Assembly (NCBI GenBank): GCA_045644305.1
Contig: JAZRGS010000075.1
Span: forward strand, 465-64,464
Reading direction: 5' to 3'
Length of the DNA: 64,000 nt
Origin: Eubacteriales bacterium
Lineage (GTDB): Bacteria; Bacillota; Clostridia; Oscillospirales; CAG-382
Positions within the stretch are counted from its first letter, which is position 1; the number at the start of each line of letters is the position of its first letter. Positions 35,214-44,555 of the stretch are shown here, in pieces. The notes beneath the pieces are model-generated. The model made no database searches. It was not told the origin of the DNA and saw only the letters and a program-made list of their open reading frames with translations. The translations under genes were made by a program, and so were the position numbers.

Positions 35214-35906
35214 TTAATTGTTTTTGTTTTCGGGGTAAATTCTTTTGCCGAATATCGAGCTGCCCACGCGAACAAGGTTCGAGCCGCATTCGACAGCATC
35301 GAGATAATCGTCGCTCATACCGAGCGAGAGAATTTCCATATTACTATTATCTACATTTATACTCGATATGTCAATAAATATTTTGCGCATTTCCGAAAAA
35401 TATTTCGAATTTCCTCCATTTTTTTCACTTTTCGGAGGAATCGCCATCAAACCGCAGAGCTTTACATGCGGAAGAGTCTGCAAAAAGCGGCAAAATTCGA
35501 TAGCCGACTCGGGCGCGACGCCCGATTTCGATTCTTCCTTGCCGATATTGACCTCGGCAAGTATCGGCATAACCTTGCCGATTTTCGCCGCCTGACGCTC
35601 GATTTCCAAGGCAAGGCTTTCGCGGTCGACCGATTGTATCATATCCACTTTATCGATTATGTATTTAACCTTGTTTGTCTGCAAGGCGCCGATAAAGTGA
35701 AGCTCGACCTTGTCCCTGTCGATAAATTCGTATTTTTCCAAAAGCTCGTTAACGCGGTTTTCGCCGATAAGGTCAATCCCCTGCTCTATCGCAAAGTTTA
35801 TCATTTCGGGCGGAACCGTTTTCGTCGCGGCGAGCAGCCTTGCCCTGCCGCCGAGCTCCTGCTTGATTCTTCGGATGCTTTCGGCAACCTGCATTTTGTC
35901 GTTCAT
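35214..35906 (-). CDS. YggS-family pyridoxal-phosphate homeostasis protein
   Basis: 230 aa. Pattern LLAATKTV..E.I......G...IGENRV.E is followed by HFIG.LQ.NK and LS.GMS.D. Confidence 0.85.
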   Translation of the reverse strand: MNDKMQVAESIRRIKQELGGRARLLAATKTVPPEMINFAIEQGIDLIGENRVNELLEKYEFIDRDKVELHFIGALQTNKVKYIIDKVDMIQSVDRESLALEIERQAAKIGKVMPILAEVNIGKEESKSGVAPESAIEFCRFLQTLPHVKLCGLMAIPPKSEKNGGNSKYFSEMRKIFIDISSINVDNSNMEILSLGMSDDYLDAVECGSNLVRVGSSIFGKRIYPENKNN

Positions 35907-35913
35907 AAGCCAC

Positions 35914-37275
35914 CTACTTCAATCGCATTCCGTCGTATATCTCATCACCGTCGATTATGACGCTGTCGTGAAGCGAAAGCTCGGTCGCCGACGAATAGGC
36001 AACGTCCTTGCGGTTGGGATATGCGGGGTTTACGGGAATCGCGCAGATCGAATAGCTTCCGTAGTTGTAAAGCACCGTCGTCTTCTTGAAAACGACCTTA
36101 GAGCCGACAACCGTGTAAACGCCGGTTTCGCCGTCCTTAACGCGAATCGCGCTGTTGCTGACGCGGATGCCCTCGTAGGTCACGGTCGAAAGCTCGACGG
36201 TTTGGCAACGCGAATAATCGAAATCCTGCGGCATCTGCTTGGTGGAAAATACAAGCACCGTCATATCCTTATCGGTTCGGGTTATTCTGCGGTCAAGCGT
36301 CATATTCAATTCTTTATTGTTGGAATATTGAAAGGTTATCGGGTAGCTGCTTCCGTCGCGGAAGGCTTCGGCGCTGCGCTTGTCCAACGCAACCGCGATG
36401 TACCAGGTCGAGCTGCGCACTATTTTACCCGAGGAGTTTGAAATAAGGCTGTTATCGGGGGTCGAATTCGCAAGATTTTCGAATTCCTCGCCGGTGAGCG
36501 ACTCGAGCTTATCAAGCGTGAACACCGATTCGTATCCGTCGACAGTCGCGTAAAAATATCCGCTTTGCGGAGACTGCGTTATCGTGCTTTCACCGCTTAA
36601 GCGTCCGACCAGCGATTCCCTTTCCTTCGTGAGCGAAGAGAGCTCGGCGCCGTAGCTTTCGGATTCTATCAGCGATTGACGGCGATTCATAAGAATCAAA
36701 AGTTCTTCCTTTGCGCGGAGAACCTTATCGAAATCGTTCGAATCGACCTGACGGATTATCGTAAGCATCAATTCGTCGATTTCCTCGTCGATAAGCGCGA
36801 TATCGGTCGTGGATGCGCCGGTCGAAAGGCTCGAGCGCTCGAGAATATCGATGCGTTTATCGATTTCACCGATGCGTTTTTGGATTTCAACGTCGCTCGG
36901 GTTGGAATAGGTTATAACGATATCCTCGCCGTAGCGCACCTTTTCACCGTCGTCGGCAAGGAAGCAATTCGTGCCCGATGCCGCAGAAGGTATCAAAAAT
37001 TCGTCGCGGAAAAGGAACGCCTCAAGCTCCGCCCTGTCGGTGATGCTCGCGTAGGTTGCCGCCTCACGCTCGAGGCTGACGCTGACGTTGAGCATTAATT
37101 GAAGGAAAACGTAGGCAACCAGCGCGACGGCAATTATCGCCGTGCCGAATTGAGCGAAAAAGCGTTTCGCCAAACGCGCAAAGCGCGAAGCCCTGCTTTC
37201 CTGCTTTTTAATCCTTCGCGTCGAAACCGCCGCAGGCTTTGATTCTGCGGGCAGATTCTTATTTTCCTCGCTCAT
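35914..37275 (-). CDS. membrane-anchored coiled-coil protein, HlyD/membrane-fusion-like
   Basis: 453 aa. It has one N-terminal TM helix, a central heptad-rich region, and a beta-rich C-terminus. The family call is a weak pattern match only. Confidence 0.4.
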   Translation of the reverse strand: MSEENKNLPAESKPAAVSTRRIKKQESRASRFARLAKRFFAQFGTAIIAVALVAYVFLQLMLNVSVSLEREAATYASITDRAELEAFLFRDEFLIPSAASGTNCFLADDGEKVRYGEDIVITYSNPSDVEIQKRIGEIDKRIDILERSSLSTGASTTDIALIDEEIDELMLTIIRQVDSNDFDKVLRAKEELLILMNRRQSLIESESYGAELSSLTKERESLVGRLSGESTITQSPQSGYFYATVDGYESVFTLDKLESLTGEEFENLANSTPDNSLISNSSGKIVRSSTWYIAVALDKRSAEAFRDGSSYPITFQYSNNKELNMTLDRRITRTDKDMTVLVFSTKQMPQDFDYSRCQTVELSTVTYEGIRVSNSAIRVKDGETGVYTVVGSKVVFKKTTVLYNYGSYSICAIPVNPAYPNRKDVAYSSATELSLHDSVIIDGDEIYDGMRLK

Positions 37276-37305
37276 TTTGTCGCCTCCCTTCCTTTTATTT
37301 CGTCC

Positions 37306-38184
37306 TTAAATGTAAATGATTTCGTCGGTATGCACGCGGTTGAACCAAGTCAACTGCCGCTTCGCATAGCGCCTTGTGTTGAGGCAAATAGCCTCTTTGA
37401 CGGCGTTTATATCGCATTCGCCGTCGAAATAGGGGTAAAATTCCTTATATCCTATCGCCTGCGATGCCGTCGGGGTATCGCGAAGCCCTTTTTCGAAAAG
37501 CGCTTTCACCTCGGCTTCAAGCCCCATTTCAAACATAACGTCGACGCGTTTGTTTATACGTTCGTAAATAGTTTCACGCTCGCTCGGCTTGATGTAAACG
37601 ACGTGCGGCGAATAAACGCTTTCGTTTTCTTTGCTTTTTTTGTCCTGCTCGGTTTTGGTGATGCCGGTTTTGTAATAAATTTCAAGTGCGCGAACAACTC
37701 GCTTAAGGTTGTTCGGATGTATCGCAGAAGCCGATTCGGGGTCGATCTGCTTAAGACGGTCGTGCATCGCGAGAACACCAAGCTCTTCCGCCTCTTTAAA
37801 AAGCGATTCGCGAAGAATCGGGTCGTCCTCGGTAGCCGAAAGCTCGGTACCCGAGATGAGCGTATCGATGTAAAGCCCCGTGCCGCCCGCAATTATCGGC
37901 AGCTTGCCGCGCGCGGTTATATCGGCAATTGCCTCCGACGCCAATTCGACAAACCTTGCGGCAGAAAAGCCCTCGGTTATATCGGCGACGTCGATCAAAT
38001 GATGCAAAACGCCGCTTTTTTCCTCTTCGCTCGGCTTTGCGGTGCCGATATCCATGCCGCGGTATATCTGCATGGAATCACCGCTGATGATTTCACCGCC
38101 AAGCTCTATTGCTTTTTTGATTGCATAGGCGCTCTTGCCACTTGCGGTCGGACCGACAACGACAAGCAAGGGAATTTTTGACAT
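37306..38184 (-). CDS. miaA: tRNA dimethylallyltransferase
   Basis: 292 aa. P-loop GPTASGKS, followed by DSMQIYRGMDIGTAKP and PIIAGGTGLY. Confidence 0.9.
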   Translation of the reverse strand: MSKIPLLVVVGPTASGKSAYAIKKAIELGGEIISGDSMQIYRGMDIGTAKPSEEEKSGVLHHLIDVADITEGFSAARFVELASEAIADITARGKLPIIAGGTGLYIDTLISGTELSATEDDPILRESLFKEAEELGVLAMHDRLKQIDPESASAIHPNNLKRVVRALEIYYKTGITKTEQDKKSKENESVYSPHVVYIKPSERETIYERINKRVDVMFEMGLEAEVKALFEKGLRDTPTASQAIGYKEFYPYFDGECDINAVKEAICLNTRRYAKRQLTWFNRVHTDEIIYI

Positions 38185-38315
38185 ATTTACCCCATACAGG
38201 TATATTAAGGCGCAGGTGGAATTCCTGCGCCTCTACCTAATATTATCTTAACATAATATTGACTAAAGTCAACGATTTTTTGTTAATTTTCAGCCGATTT
38301 TTTCGCGCTCGCAAA

Positions 38316-39137
38316 TCAGCCGAGCTTGTTTCCGCAACGAACGCAGAACTTCGCCTGAGGACGCGCCTGCTGTCCGCAAAGCGGGCAGAATTTTGCCGAA
38401 GTCGTAGACTCTGCAACGGGAGCTTCCTCAACAACGGGAGCCTCTTCCACAACGGGAGCTTCTTCCACGACGGGAGCTTCTTCCACGACGGGAGCTTCTT
38501 CAACAACGGGAGCCTCTTCCGCAACGGGAGCTTCTTCCACAACGGGAGCCTCTTCCACGACGGGAGCTTCCTCAACGATGGGAGCCTCTTCCACGACGGG
38601 AGCTGCTGCAACCGAAACCGATTCAACAGCAATTTCTTCCTCAACAACGCTCTCTTCCACTGCAGGAGCTTCGGTAACGACGGCTTTTTCTTCGCTCACG
38701 ACAGCGCCGTTGCTCTTGCAAAGCGCTTCAAGCAATTCGATAATTCTTTCGTTCGAAAGCTTGTTGCTTTCGGCGTCGCCCTTGACCGCTTCGAGGATTT
38801 CGACTTCGGTATTTTTGTTGTCCTTGACAGCATCGAGGATGCGCTTATCGGTGCCCTCGGTGGCTTTATTTTTAAAGTGGTTGAGAATGGTTTGGTTTAC
38901 CTTGCAATTATCCTCGGAAACCTGAATAAGCTGACCGTAGCCGTAAATGAAGCAAGCGCTGAAAAACGCGAGTATAAAGCCGAGAACAAGCACCGCAGCA
39001 CCGAGGATGATAAGATTTTCCGACTCCTTTATGATTCCGATCGCAAGCGGGGCACAGCTCGCTATAAGCTCGAGCACGAAAATTACCACTGCAAAGAGTT
39101 TGATTTTGTTACCTACGTTTTTGAACATTTTGCTCAC
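38316..39137 (-). CDS. membrane protein with (A-P-V-V-E-E)x11 tandem repeat and C-terminal zinc ribbon
   Basis: 273 aa. Three N-terminal hydrophobic helices, a central helical segment, 11 hexapeptide repeats, and a C-terminal CPLCG-X11-CVRCG. Confidence 0.6.
   Translation of the reverse strand: MSKMFKNVGNKIKLFAVVIFVLELIASCAPLAIGIIKESENLIILGAAVLVLGFILAFFSACFIYGYGQLIQVSEDNCKVNQTILNHFKNKATEGTDKRILDAVKDNKNTEVEILEAVKGDAESNKLSNERIIELLEALCKSNGAVVSEEKAVVTEAPAVEESVVEEEIAVESVSVAAAPVVEEAPIVEEAPVVEEAPVVEEAPVAEEAPVVEEAPVVEEAPVVEEAPVVEEAPVVEEAPVAESTTSAKFCPLCGQQARPQAKFCVRCGNKLG
38414..38611. repeat. 18-bp coding tandem repeat, 11 units
   Basis: The unit acgggagc[ct]tc[ct]tc[ac]ac[ag]a repeats head-to-tail across 198 bp. 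It encodes EEAPVV-type hexapeptides on the minus strand. Confidence 0.85.
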
Positions 39138-39149
39138 CTCATAAATTAA

Positions 39150-39581
39150 TTATTGGATATCCGCGTATCCCATTTCGGAGGGGACAAAATAAACGTCCCT
39201 ATTGCCCAAATGGGTGTTCATTTTTACAATATCGAAGCCGTCGTAATGATATTCGCGGCTTCCGTCGGGAAAATCGGTAGCCTCGATATCCTTATCCGCA
39301 AGGTCTTCCTCGGCGGCAGTCAGGATATCGTCGATGCTCAAATCGCCCTCGATCAATGCCATTTCAAGCATTTTGGGCTCGCCGTCGATCTTCACCATCA
39401 TCATTCCGCCCACAACGTAAACCGAACGAAAATCGGTGTAATAATCCTCGTTTGAATAAATCAGGCTCTTGGTTTTGCTTCCGTCGGGAGTAAACGCCAA
39501 GCCGTATTCGTTCATTTTTGAACAGGACGCAAGAGATACGACAAACAAAAGGCAGAGTAAAAGCGAAAGGATTTTACGCAT
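39150..39581 (-). CDS. hypothetical lipoprotein
   Basis: 143 aa with a lipobox (LFVVSLASCS). No domain recognised. It overlaps the ftsK stop by 8 nt. Confidence 0.55.
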   Translation of the reverse strand: MRKILSLLLCLLFVVSLASCSKMNEYGLAFTPDGSKTKSLIYSNEDYYTDFRSVYVVGGMMMVKIDGEPKMLEMALIEGDLSIDDILTAAEEDLADKDIEATDFPDGSREYHYDGFDIVKMNTHLGNRDVYFVPSEMGYADIQ

Positions 39582-42003
39582 TTTCGTTCTCCTTTTTGTC
39601 GCCGTTGAGCTTCATTTCGGCAAACTGCTCGCGGGTGATGAGGATCGAGCGCTTCTTGGTCGCGGTGTCGAACTCACCGATAAATCCGCGTCTTTCCATC
39701 TTATCGACGATTCTTGCCGCTCTTGCATAGCCGAGCGAAAGTCTGCGTTGGAGAAGCGATGTGGAAACGGTACCGCATTCGATCGCAACCTCGATCGCGT
39801 CCATAAACATCGGGTCTGTCTTTTCGTCGCCATCGTCGGCAGCCTCTGCCGCAGCGGCGCCCTTCTTGCCCTTCATGCCGCAAAGCTTCGCTTCCTGCTC
39901 GATCTGCTGCATGATAGCTTCGTCGTACTGTGCACGTGCGGCTTCCTTAATGAACTGAGTAACAGCCGCAACCTCGCCCTTGCCGTCGACAAACGCGCCC
40001 TGAACACGCAAAGGCTTCATCGCGCCTACGGGATAGAAGAGCATATCGCCCTTACCCAAAAGCTTTTCGGCGCCGGTCATATCGAGAATGGTACGCGAGT
40101 CGATAGCCGAGGTCGTGGTGAGTGCAATTCTTGAGGGTATGTTCGCCTTGATAAGACCTGTAATAACGTCGACCGACGGTCTCTGGGTACCGATAACAAG
40201 GTGGATACCCGCCGCACGCGCCTTCTGAGCAAGACGGCAGACCGAGGTTTCGACGTCGTCGGGAGCGGTCATCATCAAATCGGCAAACTCATCGATAAAT
40301 ATAACTATCTGAGGCAAAAGCTGACGCTCGGGGTCGTTCTGGACCGCGTTGTTGTAGCCCATAAGGTCACGCGCGCCGACCTCTTGAATAAGCTTGTAAC
40401 GGTTTTCCATTTCCGAGCAAGCCCAATTGAGCGTGCCCGCCGCATTCTTCGGGTCGTTGATTACAGGAACGAGAAGGTGCGGAATGTCCTTATAATCCGA
40501 AAATTCAACGGTTTTCGGGTCGATAAGTATAAGCTTTACGTCGTTGGGGTGATTGCGATAAAGCAAGGAAATGATAAGCGAGTTAATGCAGACCGACTTA
40601 CCCTGACCGGTCGCACCTGCGACGAGCAGGTGGGGCATTTTCGCGATATCGAGATAAACCGGACTGCCCGCGACGTCTTCGCCGAGCGAGCAATAAAGTC
40701 GGCTCTTATTTTCGGTAAACGCAGGGTTATCGATAAGTCCGCGAAGTCTTACGGTAGAGGTCGACTTGTTGGGAATTTCTACGCCGACAGCCGCCTTACC
40801 GGGGATGTTTTCGATTCGAACCGCGGTTGCGGCAAGGTGAAGAGCAATATCGTCGGCAAGGTTGGATATCGCCTTGACTCTTACGCCTGTTTCGGGCTGA
40901 AGCTCGTACCTTGTGACCGTCGGGCCGTAAGTGGAATTAATAACCTTTGCCTTAACGTTGAAGCTTGCCAAAACCTCCTCGAGCTTACGGCTTGTACGCT
41001 CGACCTCGGTACCGCTGGGACCGCCTGCGCCGTTCGAAGAATCGGCGGTCAGAAGCGTAATCGGGGGGAACTTATAGGGGGTATCCTCAATGGGCTGGAG
41101 GCAAAGCTCCTCATCCTCGTCGTATTCCTCAATTATTTCGGGAATGGTTTCGCCGACGGGCTCGGGAATAGGATCGGGCTCAAAGGGAAGGTCTTCTATA
41201 TCATTTTCGTTATTTTCGATTTTAATGTCCTCTGCGGCGTTATATTCCGAAACGACGGTAAATTCGTCGTCGTCCTCGACAACCGCAGGGTCCTCGGGAA
41301 GCTCTTCGGCAACCGGCGCGGGTTCGGCAGGCTCGTCGGGGAAAAGCTTTTTCTTTTTGCGGAGCTTAGGCTCCTCAACCGCAACCTCTTCTTCCTCGTC
41401 GTCCTCTTCGCGTGCGCGCCGTGCCGCATCGCGGAAGAAATTGAATATCGCGCTGACGGTATCCTTAGGCGTTGCGCCGCAAAGCAATACGGTACAGATG
41501 AAGATGCCCAAAATCGCGAGCACCATCGAAGCGGTGCTGCCGATAAGGTTGATGAACAGCAAAGCGACCGAGCCGCTGATAAGACCCGCGCTTTGAAGCA
41601 GGGTGCCCTTTCCGTAAAGCTCGCGAACCGTCATTTCGGCACCGTTTGCAACGGCAACCTGAACTATAAGCGAAATGAACACAAATTCAAGCGCGTACAA
41701 AAGATATTTCACCTTTGCGACGTTATTTTCGTGGTCCTTTTTCCAGAAAAGCACGACGAGCAAAATGAGAATGGGAATTATGTAATAAAGCGGTCCGAAA
41801 AGTCCCTTGAAGAAGGAGGGGACCACTCTGCCGAGCCAACCGTTTTCCTTGGAGAAAAAGGTCAGGATCATAAAGAACGCAACAAAGCCGATTCCCCAGC
41901 GGATAAGCTCCGAGCGGTCGACCTTGATGGAATCCTGTTTGGAGCCCGAGGGTTTTTTCGTATTCGTTTTTGATGACGTCTTTTTCTTTTTCTTGTCTGC
42001 CAC
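39574..42003 (-). CDS. ftsK: DNA translocase FtsK/SpoIIIE
   Basis: 809 aa. N-terminal TM helices, an acidic/Pro-rich linker, the motor domain (Walker A GATGQGKS, Walker B IVIFIDEFADL), and a C-terminal gamma winged helix (LLQRRLSLGYARAARI.D.ME). Confidence 0.9.
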   Translation of the reverse strand: MADKKKKKTSSKTNTKKPSGSKQDSIKVDRSELIRWGIGFVAFFMILTFFSKENGWLGRVVPSFFKGLFGPLYYIIPILILLVVLFWKKDHENNVAKVKYLLYALEFVFISLIVQVAVANGAEMTVRELYGKGTLLQSAGLISGSVALLFINLIGSTASMVLAILGIFICTVLLCGATPKDTVSAIFNFFRDAARRAREEDDEEEEVAVEEPKLRKKKKLFPDEPAEPAPVAEELPEDPAVVEDDDEFTVVSEYNAAEDIKIENNENDIEDLPFEPDPIPEPVGETIPEIIEEYDEDEELCLQPIEDTPYKFPPITLLTADSSNGAGGPSGTEVERTSRKLEEVLASFNVKAKVINSTYGPTVTRYELQPETGVRVKAISNLADDIALHLAATAVRIENIPGKAAVGVEIPNKSTSTVRLRGLIDNPAFTENKSRLYCSLGEDVAGSPVYLDIAKMPHLLVAGATGQGKSVCINSLIISLLYRNHPNDVKLILIDPKTVEFSDYKDIPHLLVPVINDPKNAAGTLNWACSEMENRYKLIQEVGARDLMGYNNAVQNDPERQLLPQIVIFIDEFADLMMTAPDDVETSVCRLAQKARAAGIHLVIGTQRPSVDVITGLIKANIPSRIALTTTSAIDSRTILDMTGAEKLLGKGDMLFYPVGAMKPLRVQGAFVDGKGEVAAVTQFIKEAARAQYDEAIMQQIEQEAKLCGMKGKKGAAAAEAADDGDEKTDPMFMDAIEVAIECGTVSTSLLQRRLSLGYARAARIVDKMERRGFIGEFDTATKKRSILITREQFAEMKLNGDKKENENA

Positions 42004-42015
42004 TTCGAACTCCTT

Positions 42016-42852
42016 TTATAAGACGATGTCGGCAATAATTGCCGCTGCGCCGATTATTACGCAGTAAACTGCGAAAAATGTGAAGCTTTTATTTTTGGTA
42101 AGATACTGCAAAAGCTTGATTGCGAAAAATCCGACGACCATTGCCGTCAATGCGCCGACGATTATCGGCAGAAGCATATCCTGCGAAAAGCCCTCGCCGA
42201 AAAGGTCGGGAAGCTCGGTCACGCAGGCGCCGAGTATCGCGGGGATCGACATGAGAAATGAAAATCTCACCGCCTCCTCGCGGCTGTAATTGAACAAGCG
42301 TCCGCCGGTTATCGTCGAGCCCGAGCGCGAAATGCCGGGCATTATTCCGACAAACGCCTGCACGATACCGACACCCAGCGGTCTGAGAAAACCGCCGTTT
42401 TCGACGGTTTTCTCGCCGGTTTTGAGTTTATCGCTTATAACGAGCATTGTTCCGTTAATTATCAAAAGAATACCGATGACCCAACTGAATTTACTCAATT
42501 CCTCGATCTTATCGTCTACTCCCAAAAGCTTAATCGGAATCAACGGCAGGGTCGCAAGGCAAAGCATCAAAAACAGCCTTTCGCCGCTGTCGAGCCCCTG
42601 CTTTAATCTGCCCGTGAAGGTCTTTTTGATAAGCGAAAAGAAGCTTTTTATGAGCATTATCACATCCTTGCGGAAAATCACGCAGACCGATATGAGCGTT
42701 GCCAAATGCAAAGCGATATTGAAGGCAAAGCCGTTTTCGGTTTCGCTTCCGAAGAAATTTTGCGCAAGCGCCAAATGTCCCGAGCTCGATACCGGCAGAA
42801 ATTCGGCAACACCCTGAATAAAGCCGTAAATGATCGCTTCTAAAATGCTCAT
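42016..42852 (-). CDS. uppP: undecaprenyl-diphosphate phosphatase
   Basis: 278 aa, polytopic. BacA motifs EFLPVSSSGH and PGISRSG. Confidence 0.9.
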   Translation of the reverse strand: MSILEAIIYGFIQGVAEFLPVSSSGHLALAQNFFGSETENGFAFNIALHLATLISVCVIFRKDVIMLIKSFFSLIKKTFTGRLKQGLDSGERLFLMLCLATLPLIPIKLLGVDDKIEELSKFSWVIGILLIINGTMLVISDKLKTGEKTVENGGFLRPLGVGIVQAFVGIMPGISRSGSTITGGRLFNYSREEAVRFSFLMSIPAILGACVTELPDLFGEGFSQDMLLPIIVGALTAMVVGFFAIKLLQYLTKNKSFTFFAVYCVIIGAAAIIADIVL

Positions 42853-42883
42853 GCTTGCTCCTTTCGCATATTTGTTAGTCTAA

Positions 42884-44374
42884 TTATTGAAAATCGATGG
42901 ATTGAAGCGTGCTTTCAAGCTCGCTTTCAGCCTTCGAAAGAACGCTTTCAAAGCGAGAAGCAACGTTCTTGTCGAGCTGCATATACTGGTTCATAATGCC
43001 GCCCCAGCCGAATGCACAGCCAAGGTCGAAGGTACGCGAATCGAAGATGATGTCAAGCATTTCGCCCGATTCATCGTCGCGGGAATCGCGGTACTTAAGC
43101 TGTACGTCATAGTATGCGGGGGTTACGACGTGCATCGAATATTCACCGATTGCGGAGATAACGGTACCGATATCATTGATTTCGTTTTCGGGAATGGTTA
43201 CGGGGAGATACATTACCGATGCGTTATCACGCGAAACGGTGTGATAATATCTGTCCTGAGCAGAGGTGTGCTTGGGCATGGGAAGAATACCGAATTCATC
43301 GTCCATCTGACGGAAGGACGCAACGTTGATGAGGCCGCACATATAGAAGAGCTCTCTGCCCTCGATGAACGACTTATGAACGGTTGCTTCCCAAACGTTC
43401 TGGGGATAGGGATACTTGGATTCGTACTTGGGCGAGTTTGCAACCATAACGAGGGATTCGTCGGTGTAGAACTCGAGTACGTCGTTCAAAATGCTGTAAG
43501 TAGCCTCGGTTTCCTCGGAAAGGGTGAGATAAGGAAGGTCCTCCTCATCCTTTTCGGCAACCTTTTTGCCGCCTGCTACGAGGTGAACGTAGATGTTGTA
43601 GGTTTCGGTACCGAACGCCCAGTTGTCGTGCTCGTCAATGGCGCCGTCGCCGTTGCGGTCGTAGGTAGCCTTGCTGTCCTTACAGATTTCAACGAGCTTA
43701 TCAAAGGTCCAGTTGTCATCCTTTACGAGCTGATAGAAATCCTCTTCGATACCCAAGGTATCCTTGAGATTCTTGTTGAAAAGGATGCACCAGGTTCCCT
43801 GATCGTCGTAATTGTTGATATCGCCGCAGGTGAAGAACACCTTGTTGGAGATAGAAAGGTCATTAACCGCGTTCGCGTCCCACCAAGGAGCGGTAAGGTC
43901 AATGGTTTCGATCGTGTTGAGATCGAGCAGATAGCCTTCGATTGCAAGGCCCGAGGTTCTTCCGAGCGAATCGAAAACGATGTCGTAATTGTGAAGACCC
44001 GAGGTTACCTGAGTCTTGATGATTTCGGGAATCGTTTCTTCGGCGGGGTTGGTGATCTTACCGACGATTTCGCAGTTGTAAACGCTTTCGATGTAATCGA
44101 CGGTCTTTTTCTTTGCTTCATCAACCGAAGAGGGATTTTCCTCGGAATAGATGATTTCGCCGGTGTAGCCGAGAATCGACTGAGAGTTAGCACCCCAGCC
44201 GTGGCAGAGAACGTTAATGGTTCTCTTTTCGGCGAACTTGAATTCGGGCGTGGTCATCGTAAAATCGTTGGTGCCCGCAGTGTTCGAGCCATCGTCCGCA
44301 TCTTCCTTGTCGCAAGCCACCATACAGGGAACGAGCAGACAAAGAGCAAGCAGACAAATAAACAGTTTTTTCAT
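42884..44374 (-). CDS. extracellular solute-binding lipoprotein (large family-1 type sugar SBP), with no adjacent permease genes
   Basis: 496 aa with a lipobox (LLVPCMVACD). Size and pattern are typical of ~500-aa carbohydrate-binding SBPs. Confidence 0.7.
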   Translation of the reverse strand: MKKLFICLLALCLLVPCMVACDKEDADDGSNTAGTNDFTMTTPEFKFAEKRTINVLCHGWGANSQSILGYTGEIIYSEENPSSVDEAKKKTVDYIESVYNCEIVGKITNPAEETIPEIIKTQVTSGLHNYDIVFDSLGRTSGLAIEGYLLDLNTIETIDLTAPWWDANAVNDLSISNKVFFTCGDINNYDDQGTWCILFNKNLKDTLGIEEDFYQLVKDDNWTFDKLVEICKDSKATYDRNGDGAIDEHDNWAFGTETYNIYVHLVAGGKKVAEKDEEDLPYLTLSEETEATYSILNDVLEFYTDESLVMVANSPKYESKYPYPQNVWEATVHKSFIEGRELFYMCGLINVASFRQMDDEFGILPMPKHTSAQDRYYHTVSRDNASVMYLPVTIPENEINDIGTVISAIGEYSMHVVTPAYYDVQLKYRDSRDDESGEMLDIIFDSRTFDLGCAFGWGGIMNQYMQLDKNVASRFESVLSKAESELESTLQSIDFQ

Positions 44375-44491
44375 GTCTTTTCCTTTCTTGTTCTTTATAC
44401 CTTCGGCGCGACATTTTCGCCGTGTAAAAATATATTGTATATTATAGCTTCATATTCACGAAATGTCAAGGAAGATTGACAAACAATATAA

Positions 44492-44520
44492 TTGACAAAA
44501 GCGCTTATTTGGTGTATAAT
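44492..44520 (+). promoter_or_regulatory. candidate sigma-A promoter
   Basis: TTGACA (44492-97), 17-bp spacer ending in TG, and TATAAT (44515-20). It lies 36 nt upstream of the GTG start at 44556, with RBS AAAGGAGA. Confidence 0.5.
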
Positions 44521-44555
44521 TCATTGATAAACGTAACTCAAAAGGAGATGGACAC

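Noticed and set aside
38243-39149. Alternative-frame ORFs (38243-38647 minus, 38259-39149 plus, 38578-38925 plus) over the 18-bp repeat
   Set aside because: These are frame artefacts of the tandem repeat. Only the 38316-39137 minus frame has a membrane domain, a coherent repeat peptide and a zinc ribbon.
42887-44479. 530-aa plus-strand ORF. The same applies to 45542-46864(-), 40201-41973(+), 17941-18846(-), 13340-14323(+), 27561-28445(+), 28525-29268(+), 37330-38181(+), 2430-3629(-) and 34890-35960(+).
   Set aside because: All are long antisense shadows of confidently assigned genes (SBP, sulfhydrylase, ftsK, BMP lipoprotein, DUF4091, transketolase, miaA and others). Long open antisense frames are expected with this codon bias.
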